A program made the translations under genes and the position numbers. Source: the human T2T-CHM13v2.0 reference genome, Homo sapiens. Taken from it: a stretch of 64,000 nt of DNA. Below the pieces are notes generated by a model that was given only the letters and a program-made list of their open reading frames with translations, was not told the DNA's origin and searched no databases. The stretch lies in NCBI RefSeq assembly GCF_009914755.1, contig NC_060943.1; one strand, written 5' to 3'. Numbering within the stretch: the first letter of the stretch is position 1; each line of letters begins with the position of its first letter. Below are positions 1 to 30,669 of the stretch, piece after piece.

Positions 1-1368
<1,368 letters not shown>

Positions 1369-1415
1369 TTAAATTGTCTTTTCTTCTTACCATCCATGGT
1401 GAGAAGGTGTGTTAG

Positions 1416-2049
1416 TGAAGCAGCCTTGTAGTCTGGAGTAACACCCAAGGTTCCTTGTCTCACAGCCACAGGAACAAGAATGCAGACACACAAAGAGTGA
1501 GGTTGAGAGTGGAAGTTTACTAAGCGAAAGAAAGAAAATAGCTCTCTGCTGCAGAGAGGGGTCCTGGAAAAATGGGTTGCCCAATCCATAGTGAAACGCA
1601 GGGGTTTTATAGGTGATCTGGTGAGAAGATGGTGTCTGATTTACATAGGGCATGAAAAACTGATTGGATCAGGTGTGCCATTGGCATAGGCGTGAATCTT
1701 CGGTAACCCCAGCCTGATCTTTTATCATGCAGGTGGGTTCTCTGCCTAGACTGTGCTATGTTGCCCATTTCTTTATTGCTGTACAGGTGGTAACAAAAAA
1801 AGGGAAGATGGAGCCTCCATGTTGGACATGCCTGGCCCCATATAGCCCTTTTCTGTTGGCCCTGCTGCTGGCATTCCCCCATGCAAACTTCTAGCTTCCT
1901 TATTTATGTTTGCAGCTCGATTTTTCAAGCTGCTCTTTGTTTAGAAAAGAAATGATTTGGGGGCTGCTTTTTGTTAGAAAAGAAATTCTGCCGAGGACTC
2001 TTTTGCCTTCACTACCTCCCTAAATAATTTCTTTCTACCTCCGGTATCG
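1416..2049 (-). mobile_element. Solo ERV1 LTR, LTR9-like
   Basis: Ends tgaagcagc...ggtatcg; 4-bp TSD TTAG at 1412-1415 and 2050-2053; family from recall. Confidence 0.7.
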
Positions 2050-2491
2050 TTAGGACTTGGGGAATGTATCTGAGTCATGGGGCACTCTTCCACCCATTAC
2101 AGTCTAGCTTCAACCCTCATTACTCACTGAATTGGCTTTGGTCAAGGTCGTCACAATCTCCTTGTTGCTAAATCCAGTGAAGCCCCATCAGTCCTTTTCT
2201 CTGCAGTAGCTGACCCTACTGGCCACTCTCTCCTTGAAGCACTCCTCTTCCTTTGGCTTCTCTAGTCCTACACTTTCTGATTGTTCTTCAGCCTCTCTAG
2301 CCTTTCCCTCAAAGTCTCTGTCAATGCTCCGTGATTATTTTTGTGTTTCTGCTGGTTTGGTTTCCTGAGCACAGGAGAACTTGCTTAGATGTGCTAGAAA
2401 ATGTTTCCTTTTCTCCAGACCCGTTTGATCGTCACATGCCAATGGTGTTAAACTTGGAGCCGTCTGCTCCCATTCAAAGGATAATAAAACT

Positions 2492-2774
<283 letters not shown>

Positions 2775-2975
2775 TTATCTTGGCTGAGTGTGGTAGCTCT
2801 TGCCTGTAATCTCGGCACTTTGGGAGGCCAAGGCAGTCAGACTGCTTGAGTCCAGGAGTTCAAGAGCAGACTGGGCAACATGCTGAAAACCCATCTCTAC
2901 AAAAAAATGCAAAAATTAGCCAGGCATGATGGTGCATGCCTGTAGTCCCAGCTACTTGGGAGGCTGAAGTAGGTG

Positions 2976-3978
<1,003 letters not shown>

Positions 3979-4880
3979 GGTGGATCCTTTGAGCCCAGGG
4001 AGGTTGAGGTTGCAGTGAGCTGTGAGTGCACCACTGAAATCCAGCCTAGGTGACAGAGTGAGACCCTGTCTCAAAAGACAACAACAACAGGCTGGGCGTG
4101 GTGGCTCACACCTGTAATCCCAGCACTTTGGGAGGCCGAAGTGGGTGGATCACAAGGTCAAGAGATTGAGACCATCCTGGTCAACATGGTGAAACCCCGT
4201 CTCTACTAAAAATACAAAAATTAGCCAGGCGTGGTGGCACGTGCCTGTAGTCCTAGCTACTCGGGAGGCTGAGGCAGGAGAATCGCTTCAACTCAGGAGG
4301 TGGAGGTTTCAGTGAGCCGAGATCATGCCACTGCACTCCAGCCTAGCAACAGAGTGAGACTCCCTCTTAAAAAACAACAACAACAAACAAACAAAAACTT
4401 ATTTCAGGGAGAAATGCTTGCATTCCAAGGTAGGGACTCTCCGTTCTCTTCCTGAGAGAATTTATTCACATTCCAAAGCACTTGTTTACACTAGGGAGAT
4501 CAGTTTTCTCTCCCTCTCTCAGGAGGGCTGTGAAGCACGTGGGCAGCACGTAGTCTACATAAACTGTCAGGTTTACACTTTCAGGGTTTGTCCCCTGTGA
4601 GGCAAGAAACTCTGTTGTATGGTCATGGTCCATCTGGCTCCTGCCATGTCACCTGTAGGGTACTGGACATGGGAAACTGATGCAGTTCTTGCTGTGTGTA
4701 ATAATATTGTCTGATTTCTGAGCTAGAAACCCCATGTTTGTTTTTTAACAGGAAAAAATTTAATTGGGAGGTCATTGGGCTGAGACAGATCCAGTGATTT
4801 GGGTTCCTACATAAGCAACCTGAAGCCCAATGTAAACAGTAAAACAAAACTAGAGACTTAACCAGTCAGAAACTGCTAAC

Positions 4881-5228
4881 TGTAAACCAAAAATTAAAAC
4901 CTAAGCTCCCCCACCAACCAACTGAAAGGAACTCCTCCAGGCCAAGGAGACCCCAGAGAAACCTGAAAACCTGAATTCCTGGCCATGACAGGAAGGGAGA
5001 TTGGACACGCCTGATCCTATGCCCTGCCCCCACTTTTTTGGAGTTTAGGCACAATTGACCAGAATTGAGGTTAAAATAGAGATCCTAAGACTGAAAAATA
5101 CAGACTTTGTGACAATAAGATACAAAATTTCAACCTAACTCTGATATAGCATCACATGACAGCCGACCCTGAAGGAAATAAAAATATTTTACCCCAAAAT
5201 ATATTTCTTTTATATATTTTAAATGGTC
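4881..5228 (+). mobile_element. MER4-group LTR fragment
   Basis: Starts tgtaaaccaaaaattaaaa; similar to the reverse complement of the element at 1-977. Confidence 0.65.
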
Positions 5229-5941
5229 CTGGCCAGGTGCAGTGGCTCACGCCTGTAATCCCAACACTTTGGGAGGCCGAGGCAGGTGGATCACCTGAGG
5301 TCAGGAGTTTGAGACCAGTCTGGCTAACATGTGAAACCTGGTCTCTACTAAAAATACAAAAATTAGCGGGGCGTGGTGGTGTGTGCCTGTAATCCCAGCT
5401 ACTTGGAGGCTGAGGCAAGAGAATCACCTGAACCCAGGAGGTGGAGGTTGTGGTGAGCCCAGATAGCACCACTGCACTCCAGCCTGGGTGACAGAGCGAG
5501 ACTCTTGTCTCAAAAAAAACAAAAAACAAACAAACAACCCCCCTCCCAAAAAAAAAAAATGATTTTCTTCATAGAGTTGACATTCTGGTGGGGAGAGAAG
5601 AGCATTAAATAAATATATGTCAATTGCTAAGTACTACAGAGAAAAATAGAGCCAAGTAAGGAGAATGGAGAATGCCAGGGGGGGAAGGGAAGGCCTCTCT
5701 GATAAAGCAGTATTTCAGTAGCGATCTGGAGGAAGTGAAGAGTGAACCATATGTTTATTTTGGGGAAGAACATTCCAGGAAAAGGAACAGCAAGTGCCAA
5801 GGCCCTGAGGGGGGATTGCACTTGACATATTTGAGCATGGTTGCTGGAGCTGGGTGAGAGGAAAAGTGATAAGACATGTACTCAGAGAGGTGAGGGGAGG
5901 GGCTCGGCTGCAAATCATGTCAGCCTTTTAGGCCATTGTAA

Positions 5942-6190
<249 letters not shown>

Positions 6191-6703
6191 TAATCTTTTT
6201 CTTTTTTTGTAGAGACAGGGTCTCACTATGTTGCCCAGGCTGGTCTCAAACTCCTGGCCTCAAGCAATCTTCCCACCTCAGCCTCTCAAAGTCTGGGATT
6301 ACAGCTGTGAGCAGGGAAAGTGCTGGGATTACAGGTGTGAGCCACTGCGCCCAGCCTGATGTTTGTTTTCAAAGGATCCTTCTGGTTGTTGCATGGAGAA
6401 TAGAATATGAGAGGTCTAGGGCAGGAGCAGTGAGATGAATGAGTTCATTATAATAATCCAAATAAGAGATGGTAGCTTGGCCAGTAAAGCCAGATAGGAC
6501 CTCCTGTGGGGTATAAGTGAAAGGAAGGAATCAAGAATGATTTCAAGTGGCTTGAGTAAATGGAAGAACATAAATTGCCATTTGTTGAGAATGGGAAGAA
6601 CTGGAGGAGTAATAGTTGTGGAAAGATGAAATTAGGATGTTACTGGACACAGTGGCCCACGCATGTAATCCTAGAACTTTGGGAGGCCAAGGTGGGATGA
6701 TCA

Positions 6704-6940
<237 letters not shown>

Positions 6941-7181
6941 TTACTGTTGTCAATTTTATGTTTTATATATTTACCACAATTTAAAATGGCAATATTATAC
7001 AAGGCAAATAAAGGTTGTAGAAATGTTCCAGATTAAAGGACATAAAATAGACATGATAACTAAATGCAATCAATATCTGACTCTAGATTGGTTCTTTGTT
7101 TGCTTAGAGATGGGGTCTCATTATGTTGACCAGGCTGGTTTTGAACTCCTGGCCTCAAGCAATCCTCTTGTCTCAGTATCA

Positions 7182-7541
<360 letters not shown>

Positions 7542-8076
7542 TCAAAAAAAAAAAAGAATGATTTAAAGGACATTATTAGGACAACTGACAGAATGGGATT
7601 ATGGATGTAAAGTATTGCAAATGTATGAAGTTGATAACTGTACAACAATTATATAAGAGAATATCCCTATCCTTAGGAAGTACATACTGAAGTGTTCTAT
7701 GTAACTTGCCCTCAAATATTCCAGATAAATATTAAATTGTTTATGTGTATGTGTGTGGAGAGACAGAATAAGCAAATGAGGTAATATTTTAACAATAATC
7801 TGAATAAAGGGCATAGAGTTTTATTGCATTGTTTTATTTTTTCGATTTTTTGGGAATTTGAAATAATTTCTAAATAATGTTCTAAAGTTCAAGCTGGGCA
7901 TGGTGGCACACACCTGTAGCCCCAGCTACTCAGGAGGCTGAAATGGGAGGATCACCTGAGCAGAGGAGGTTGAGGCTGCAGTGGGCCATGATCATGCCAC
8001 TGCACTTCAGCCAGGGAGAGAGAGAGACTCTGTCTCAAAATAAAATAAGTTCAAAAACAAACAAAAACCCCAGTGA

Positions 8077-8328
<252 letters not shown>

Positions 8329-8708
8329 TGATCCGCCCGCCTCGGCCTCCCAAAGTGCTGGGATTACAGGCATGAGCCACCACGCCCGGCCCCATTCTCT
8401 CTTAAACCCACTCTAATCAAACCACCTATCCCACAACTCCACTGAAATGCATTTGTCAAGGTTACCAAATATACCCATTTGCCAACTCCAATGGTGACTT
8501 CTCTCACTCTTTCTCTTACTTGACCCATCAGTATTTGACATAGTTTATCACTCCCTCCTTCTTGAAATGTGTGCATCTTTTCACTTCTGAACACCACTTT
8601 TTTGGTTTTTCTCTTACATTCCTGGCCGCTCCTTCTAAATATCCTTGACAGTTCCCCTTCCAAACACTGGAGTGCCCAGGGCTCAGTCCTCAGAGCCAAC
8701 CTATCTAG

Positions 8709-9063
<355 letters not shown>

Positions 9064-9749
9064 TCAATCTAGTGTCTTTATTCACTCACCTTAGTCTGTG
9101 CAAATCATATTCTTCCAGAAATGTAAGATCCTCCTCCCATTGAGGTCTTACTCAAGGCCAAACTCCCTGTCACCTAAATCCTGGTTCAAAGCAGTTGGCG
9201 GCTGTACATGGTAGGAAAAGTTTCTCATACTATCCTGAGCACGCATGCTGGGAGAAAGATGGGAGGCTGGAAGCCCCTTCTAATATGCTGGAGAGATCTG
9301 AAATGCAATTCTCCCTTCAAAAATCAGAAAACTAGGGCCCAGTAAGGCCATTACTTGTTGAAGGTCATTCAGCTGCTTATTGGCAATGTCTGAGCTAAAG
9401 CCCTGTGCTGTCTCCTTAAGTGTTGATTTCATGTATTTGTGTCAGGAGCCTCCTTAAGAATCTGATAAAAGCTGCAGACTTTTTCTCAGCAGAAAAAAGC
9501 ACTTAACACATGCCAACAACTTTTTTTTTTCATTTAATTTGAAGAGTTTCATGGACTCTCAAAGTACATCTAGACCTCAGATTATAGAAACCCTGCTCTA
9601 TCAGAACAATCCAAAGCATGGAGAAGTCTACAGCACTACTGATTTAGTACCCTCCACAAATCAATGGTGTGAAAAAGCTGGGGACAGGACTGTAAATGTT
9701 CAAGATTAAAAGAGTCTTAGGAAGCATAACAATCAAATGCAGTATATAG

Positions 9750-9995
<246 letters not shown>

Positions 9996-10161
9996 TGATC
10001 CACCCACCTCCGCCTCCCAAAGTGCTGGGATTACAGGTGTGAGCCACCACTCCCAGACTCAATTTTTTGTTTTTTAGAGACAAAGTCTTGCTATCACTTA
10101 GGCTGGAGTGCAGTGACACAATCATAGCTCACTATAGCCTTGAACTCCTGGGCTCAAGTAA

Positions 10162-10416
<255 letters not shown>

Positions 10417-10528
10417 TAGTAGAGAGGAGGTTTCACTATGTTGGCCAGGCTGGTCTCAAACTCCTGAGCTCAAGTGATCTGCCCATCTCCACATCCCAAA
10501 GTGCTGGTATTACAGGCATGTGCCTGGC

Positions 10529-11172
10529 TATATAATATATATATATAATATATATATATTATATATATATATATAATATATATATATTATATATATATAT
10601 ATAATATATATATATTATATATATATATAATATATATATATTATATATATATATAATATATATATATTATATATATAATATATATATATTATATATATAT
10701 ATAATATATATAATATATATATAATATATATATATTATATATATATTATATATATTATATATATTATATATATATTATATATATTATATATATATAATAT
10801 ATATAATATATATATAATATATATTATATATATAATATATATTATATATATAATATATATATTTAATATATATATTATATATATAATATATATTATATAT
10901 ATAATATATATATTTAATATATATTATATATATAATATATATATTATATATATAATATATATATAATATATATATTATATATATAATATATATATTATAT
11001 ATATATAATATATATATTTAATATATATATTATATATATAATATATATTATATATATAATATATATATTTAATATATATTATATATATAATATATATATT
11101 ATATATATAATATATATATAATATATATATTATATATATAATATATATATTATATATATATTATATATATAT

Positions 11173-11222
<50 letters not shown>
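10529..11222. repeat. About 660-bp interrupted (TA)n array followed by (GA)n
   Basis: Only A and T from 10529 to 11188; (GA)n from 11189 to 11222. Confidence 0.98.
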
Positions 11223-11225
<3 letters not shown>

Positions 11226-12386
11226 GGTCACACTCTTATTTGAATTCTGATTCAAACAAACTAAGTATAAAAGGACATTTAGGGAGCCACGCATGGCGGC
11301 ATGCACCAATGATCCCAGCTACTCTGGAGGCTGAGGTGGGAGGATCCCTTGAGTCCAGGAGTTCAAGGTCAGCCTGAGAAATATAGCAAGAACCCATCTC
11401 TAAAAAATGAAAAAAAAAAAAAAAAAAAAAAAACATTTTGGGGAGGGGAACAACCACGGAAATTTGCATAGACTGAGTATTGGATGATATTAAGGAATTA
11501 TTTTGTTACATTTGAAAATCATTATATAGAAAAATGTTATTTTTTAGAGCTGAAATATCAAAGTATTTAGGGTTGAAATATGATGTCTAGGATTCACTTT
11601 AAAATACTTCAACAAAGAAAAAAATAGATGAAGCAATTTTGGCAAAATGTTAACAATTAATTATAGGCGATAGGGAGCTGGGAGTTCATTATAATACTCT
11701 TCTACTTTTGTGATTGAAATTTTTCATAAAAACACAAACAACTGTTCTTTGACATTCTGGCAAAGACAGGAAGATATCTGGGTTGTCACAGTCAGTACCC
11801 AAATTCTGAGTGTCCCTGAAGAGTCATTCATAGACTTTCTGACTCTACCACCACAGACTATCTGCTGGGTTTTGTTTCTTTTTACCAGAGGACTCACTAA
11901 TATCCTGACTCTAGACTAGCTCCTACAATGAAAGAGAAAGATCTACTATAAAGGACATTATTAAGTCAACTGACAAAATTGGAATATGGATGGTAGATTT
12001 ATAAATGAATCAGATAGGTATTGTTATTCTCTTTCTGGATCTTTCAAGGAATTTATCCATTTCATCTGCGTTGTCAAATGTATGGACATAGAGTTGTTCA
12101 TAGCAGTCTCTTATCTTTGTAAATATCTGTAGGATCTGTAGTGATGGCTCCTCTTTCATGCCTCATATTTGTGATTTGTGCACTATCCTTTTTTTGACAC
12201 AGACAAACAGAGGCCAAAAGGAGAAATGACTCAGGTCAAGACTGCAGAGCCAGCTGGGCTATCCTTAACTCCTGCTGCCTTGCCTGGCTGTCAGGTGAAT
12301 CATCCTTTTTGAGTCTTCCTGCTCCCAGCCCACAGCTCTCACATATCCTTTTTTTAATTTTTATTTTATTATTATTATTTTTTTGA

Positions 12387-12554
<168 letters not shown>

Positions 12555-13021
12555 TAGTAGAGATGGAGTTTCACCATGTTGCTCAGGCTGGTCTCGAACC
12601 CCTGAGCTTAGGCATTCCGCCTGCCTTGGCCTCCCAAAGTGCTAGGATTACAGGCGTGAGCCACCATGCCTGGTCAGCTCTCACCTATTCTGCGTGGCCT
12701 GACGTGTAGTCTGCCATGGAAGAGCCCAACTGTAGAGCAAGGACACTCATTGCCCTTGGCCTCTGAGGTGAATCTAACTTCTCAGAATGTTCTCTTGCCC
12801 TCTATCCTCTGCTTCCCCTCAAAAGAAAAAAGAGGTAGAGGAGGTAAGATAATAAAAGAGAGATTGGGGTGGGGAGTGGCAAATGGTAAAGATGGACTAC
12901 TTTTTAGAAGCAGCAGTAAGCCTCAGCGTGCCTGGAAAGAGGCAGTTCTGCCGTGGCAGGGAGAGGAGATCAGGGAAAAACAGTGACAACTTTACTGCCC
13001 CCTTTTTTTTTTTTAAGATGA

Positions 13022-13159
<138 letters not shown>

Positions 13160-13509
13160 TAAGTTTTTTGTATTTTTGTAAGAGACAGGTTTTCACCATG
13201 ATGGTCAGGCTGGTCCTGAACTCCTGGCCTCAAGTGATCCACTTCAACGTCCCAAAGTGCTGGGATTACAGGCGTGAGCCACCACACCCAGCCTACTCCT
13301 TTTGCTTTAACTCTTGTCTCCTTAATTGCTAGAAGGAAGGTTCATTAAGTCCCTAAGTAACTGGGGGGGCCTAATTGAGCCTACACCTAGTTTTCCAAAT
13401 TCTTATTCTATCACCCTACCCAAATTCCATGTCTAGATGGTAGTAAAGGGAATGAAAGACATAGGGACATCAGCTTAGCTCCTTTTTGTTTGTTTGTTTG
13501 TTTGTTTGA

Positions 13510-13611
<102 letters not shown>

Positions 13612-13930
13612 TGAGTAGCTGAGACTACAGCAGGCACACATCACTGCACCTAGCTAATTAAAAAACAGGCCGGGCACAGTGGCTCATGCCTGTAATCCTG
13701 GCACCTTGGGAGGCTGAGGCGGGTAGATCACAAAGTCAGGAGTTAGAGACCAGCCTGACCAACATGGTGAAACCCCTGTCTCTACTAAAAACACAAAAAT
13801 TAGCCGGGCATGGTGGCACGCGCCTGTAATCCCAGCTACTCAGGAGGCTGAGGCAGGAGAATTGCTTGAACTGAGAGACGGAGGTTGCAGTGAGCCAAGA
13901 TTGTGCTCCCCTGCACTCCAGCCTGGGTGA

Positions 13931-14080
<150 letters not shown>

Positions 14081-14643
14081 TAGCCTAAACTTTTTTTTTT
14101 TTTTGCTTTAACTTCAGATGGCCTCACCCCTTAGTGCCATCCAGTGATGAAGTCACCAGGTGGAGGTGGTGCTGGCTAAAACTCGAAGATTATTCCTTTA
14201 CTCTGAGAATCTCCTCAACATCCACCATTCCTGCTATCTGGAACTCAAGTCATCAGCATACAGAACTACAATCAGAAAAAGAGTCAGCCCCACTGTAGGC
14301 CCCCAAATACTAAGGGACAAAATGTTGCATCTTCTGATTCTAAAGCCCATTCTCTTTCCACTATATCAATAACCCTCAAATTCATGCCAAATGTACATTA
14401 GTTTTTGTGTCTGGTACTTTCCTTCTTAGAGTGCTTGGGGAGGATGGTGGGAAGGAATGAAGAGGACAAGGACAGACTCGTCTGCCTCAATACATCCACA
14501 TAGTGGACACCACTGTCTTTTGGGAAGCTTCCCCCTCTCTCAGGAGTACGTGAGTAAGTTGTTTCCCTGGCTACCTTCCTGGGGAACCAAAGTTTGCGGG
14601 GAAAGAACACATCAAAGTGCTTGTTGCAAAGAAGAACCTCCTC

Positions 14644-14649
14644 TTTATT
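14644..14649 (-). terminator. Candidate WDR87 polyadenylation signal AATAAA
   Basis: TTTATT on the + strand about 340 nt downstream of the WDR87 stop codon. Confidence 0.45.
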
Positions 14650-14733
14650 CCACATATAGAAGCTGTGTTTCCAGAGCTGGGAAAGGGCTTCGACCTGGCC
14701 CTACCTCTGTGTGGGCCTAGAGATGAAGGTCTA

Positions 14734-14905
<172 letters not shown>

Positions 14906-14985
14906 AGAGATGAAGGTCTAGATCCTGGTAATTAGGCCTTTCTCCAGTTGGCAATGAAAAGTCCCAGCCTCCAGTCAGTCCCAAA

Positions 14986-21160
<6,175 letters not shown>

Positions 21161-21182
21161 GAGAGTGTCTTTTCTATGATGA

Positions 21183-21533
<351 letters not shown>

Positions 21534-21600
21534 TGATCCACTTTAACCCTAACTACCCTGCCTCTTGGGGACCCTGAGGCACAGACCAGATTACCCCTTA

Positions 21601-21900
<300 letters not shown>

Positions 21901-22031
21901 CTATGCTGAGTCAGGAACAAAAGGGAGAATGGGAAGCAAAAAACGGTTGTGGAACAGGCAGGAGGCTTGGCAAAGTGGCCAAGAGAGATGGCATATGCAG
22001 AGGAAAATAATGGCTGAGACAAAAGAAACTA

Positions 22032-22289
<258 letters not shown>

Positions 22290-22630
22290 TTAGCCAGTGT
22301 GGTGGTGCATGCTTGTAGCCCCAGCTACTCAGAAGGCTACGGCAGGAGGATTGCTTGAGCCTGGGAAGCAGAGGTTGTAGTGAGCCAAGATCGCGCCACT
22401 ACACTCCAGCCTGGGCAACAGAGTAAGACCCTGTCTCAAAAAAAGAAGGAAGAGGAGGAGGAAGAGGAGTGAACAGTCGGGATTGTCAAGGATAGTCATC
22501 TAGGCGTGAGCAAAGGCTATGAGAAAGAAGAAACATCAGGGAGAATTAATGAACAGGGATGAAGAAATAGCAAAGGAAAGGAGGGGGAAAATGGCGAATG
22601 GGGTGAAGAATTGAAGGAAGCACAAACTTA

Positions 22631-25921
<3,291 letters not shown>

Positions 25922-26189
25922 TCAAGTGATTTTATCCCTTGGTGATGGGAATTGGAAATACGGTAGAGGCAGGAATCCTAGGACCCTTTTCCTAACCTTG
26001 GTTTACTTCGGGGGAACCATACAACCTACTCAACATGGGGACTATAATTGGAGAAAGGATGAGGAGAGATTTCTGGTTCCAGACCACATTCATCCATGGG
26101 GAATATCCTCCTTTGTCAATCTGGGCTAACAGTTATATGGGCATGGCTCTTGGAGAATGGGCCAAGAAGGGTAAGAAAGGCAGTCTTAC

Positions 26190-26360
26190 TTGTATTTCTT
26201 TTGTGTTTGATGTCACCCAAGAGAGGGAGGCGAAGAAGTGGGCATCACTGAAGTAATAGCATACACACGGCATATTTTGAGGATAGCGAGACTCTTTGAA
26301 CAGTACCTGGGACCGGTCACTCAGCACAATCAGGCAGTTCTTTGGGTCTTCCGAAGGTTG
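26190..26360 (-). CDS. WDR87: WDR87 exon 3, QPSEDPKNCL...SNTKEIQ (57 codons)
   Basis: Acceptor ctctctccag|, donor CAA|gtaaga; 171 nt, phase 0-0; lies within ORF 26133..26519; internal alternative donor CAG|gtactg at 26307. Confidence 0.92.
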
Positions 26361-26647
26361 CTGGAGAGAGGCGTGGCATAAACTAAGAGGCCAGGGCACA
26401 GAGGCACTAAATATATTCTCGCACAAGTCACAGTTGGAGCAGTTCCCAAAGTCATGCTTCCCACCCGAAGGACCTACTCCTGTTACACTCACACGTGCAT
26501 AACTTATCACCTGTGGCACAGCTATACTTCACAAGCATGTAACAAATCCCCCAATGCATGAGGGAACACAACCCTGCAGAGTCTCTGTGTGCAAATTTCA
26601 TAGTGTGAACACAGGGAAAAATGATGTTCTTTTCAACATGAAGTTAG

Positions 26648-26890
<243 letters not shown>

Positions 26891-27735
26891 TGAACTCCAG
26901 ACCTCAGGTAATCCGCCCGCCTCGGCCTCCCAAAGTGCTGGGATTACAGGCATGAGCTACTGAGTCCAGCCCCCTCTAACATTCTCGCTTGTGTGTAGAA
27001 GGTACATGTACCATAAAAGACACAATATTTAACAGAATAGTCAGGCAAGTACATCACCTTACGCACACATGGAATATAGCGGAATCTCCCAAAGTCAGTG
27101 CAGCTCTAAGTTACTGAAGCTTAAAGCTGCACTAAGTGAGACTCTTGGGACACCCTATCTGGCCTTTAAATTTGACAGAGGACAAGCATTTATACAATAT
27201 ATATATTATCCCATGGTGATAGACCATGTGCTATGAAACATGCATTTGGGATCCTGTTTTTTTTTTTTTTTTTTTTTGAGACAAGATCTCACTCTGTGGC
27301 CCCATGCTGCAGTGCAGTGGCCTGATTTCGGCTCATTGCAACCTTTGCCTCCTGGGTTCCAAGTGATTCTCCTGCCTCAGCCTCCCGAGTAGCTGAAACT
27401 ACAGGCACGGGCTACCACACCCGGCTAATACTTTGTATTTTTAGTAGAGACGGGATTTCACCATGTTGCCCAGTGTGGTCTTGAACTCCCGAGCTCAGGT
27501 GATCTGCCTACCTCGCCCTGGCAAAGTGCTGACATTACAGGCATAAGCCACCACGCCTGGCCCTGGGATCCTTGTATGCAGAGCCAACCATAGCAAAACT
27601 GAGCTTGGCAACTGTTTTCTCTGGTGCCTCCTCCCCTGTTTTAAAAAATCTCTCAGCCAGGCACAGTGGCTCATGCCTGTGATCCCAGCACTTTGGGAGG
27701 CCGAGGTGGGCAGATTACTTGAGCTCAGGAGTTCA

Positions 27736-28056
<321 letters not shown>

Positions 28057-28205
28057 TCATGGAAATTGATGGCCTACCTCCTGCTAAGGTGGTGACTATA
28101 GTATACCCTGTTTGCTTCCTGTTCTCAAGGACAATCTGTGGCTCTTCTGAAATGCTCATGACTGTAAGACAGGTAGCAGCCAACCTATAATATGTTTATG
28201 TCCTA

Positions 28206-28367
<162 letters not shown>

Positions 28368-28901
28368 TCACTGCCATTTTCCGAGAAGCTAGGAATCAGA
28401 AAGCAACAACAATGAACTCATGTTTATTGAACACCTTCTGAAAGTCAGGAACTGTGCACAAGACATACCTTCTCATTTCATCCACTCTACAGCCCAGTAA
28501 GGTAGGCATTATCTCATTTTATAGATGAGAAAACTGAGGCTTGGAGAGAGCAAATTGGGAGTGAATCTTAGCGTGTTCCTGTCGTAACCCAGTAACATAT
28601 ATGGGTGAGAGAACCAGAGAAACCGAGAGAGGGGCTGGGAAAGAATACCCTCACAGGCAAATAATAGTCCTTCACATTTTGTGGTGTGTCCGGAGAGCAT
28701 TTTGTGAAGACTGTGGGTTCTCAAAGTATGGTCCCTGGACCTCATGAACCAGGACAGACACTTAACGACTGTAAGTGACAGACACTTACGACTGCTGTTT
28801 GTAGGCTGGCCTAGTTCTCAGACAGGTGACCACTCTATTTCCTTCCAACTCATACTTCATGCTTTTCAGCTGCTGGAAACATGACAGTTAAATTTATAGT
28901 C

Positions 28902-28919
28902 TGGCCAGCAGAGGGCAAC
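28902..28919 (+). promoter_or_regulatory. CTCF motif
   Basis: TGGCCAGCAGAGGGCAAC closely matches the CTCF core. Confidence 0.55.
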
Positions 28920-29123
28920 GGAGGCCAACCTTTCCTGCCAGATGTAGAAGAACTTCATCCATTTAGAGAAATGGTGGGAAGTTGTTAAAAATGCAAATTA
29001 TTGGGCCCCACCCCAGACCTACTCAATTGGAAATTCTGAGATTAAGGCCCATCAATGAATAATTGTTGTTGCTGCCCATCAATCTGAGATTAAGGCCCAT
29101 CAATCTGAGATTAAGGCCCATCA

Positions 29124-29459
<336 letters not shown>

Positions 29460-29656
29460 TCAGTCTCAAAAAAAAAAAAAAAAAAAAAGGAAAAAAAAAG
29501 AAAAAAAAGAGACAAGGCTTTGCTCTGTTTCCCAGGCTGTAGTGCAGTGGTACCATCATAGCTCACTGCAGCTTTGAACTCCAGAGCTCAAGTGATCCTC
29601 CCACTTCAGCCTCCCACATGCTAGGACTACAGGCATATGCCACCACACCTGGCTAA

Positions 29657-29890
<234 letters not shown>

Positions 29891-30402
29891 TAACTCCTGG
29901 CCTCAAGCTTTGGCTTCCCAAAGACTTGGCTTCCCAAAGTGCTGGCATTACAGGCATGAACCGTTGCACCTTGCTTCAACAATAACCAAAATGTGAAAAA
30001 CACTGGTTTAGAGAACTGTTGGAGTCCCAATTCATTTGGCCTGGGCTTCCTGAAGCAAGGTCAGCAAAACACACCTTCTGGTATGCCACAGAGACTTGCT
30101 CACTGGATTTGGGATGGGGGAAAGCAGCAGGCAAAACTTACCATCATCATCTCACATGCATACAGTGGGTGAGAGCCCACAGAAAAGCTTTCAACATCAA
30201 TCATTTCATTAGTTCTTGAAAGAATCCTGAGAGGCAGATATCATCATCTCCATTGTACAAAAGAGGAACATTAACTCAAAGAGGAAAAGGGATGTGTTTG
30301 AGTCTACAAAGGGCAGATCAAGACTAAGATCCACCAGGTGCAGTGGCTCATGCCTGTAATCCCAGCACTTTAAGAGGCCGAGGTGGGTGGATCACGAGGT
30401 CA

Positions 30403-30669
<267 letters not shown>

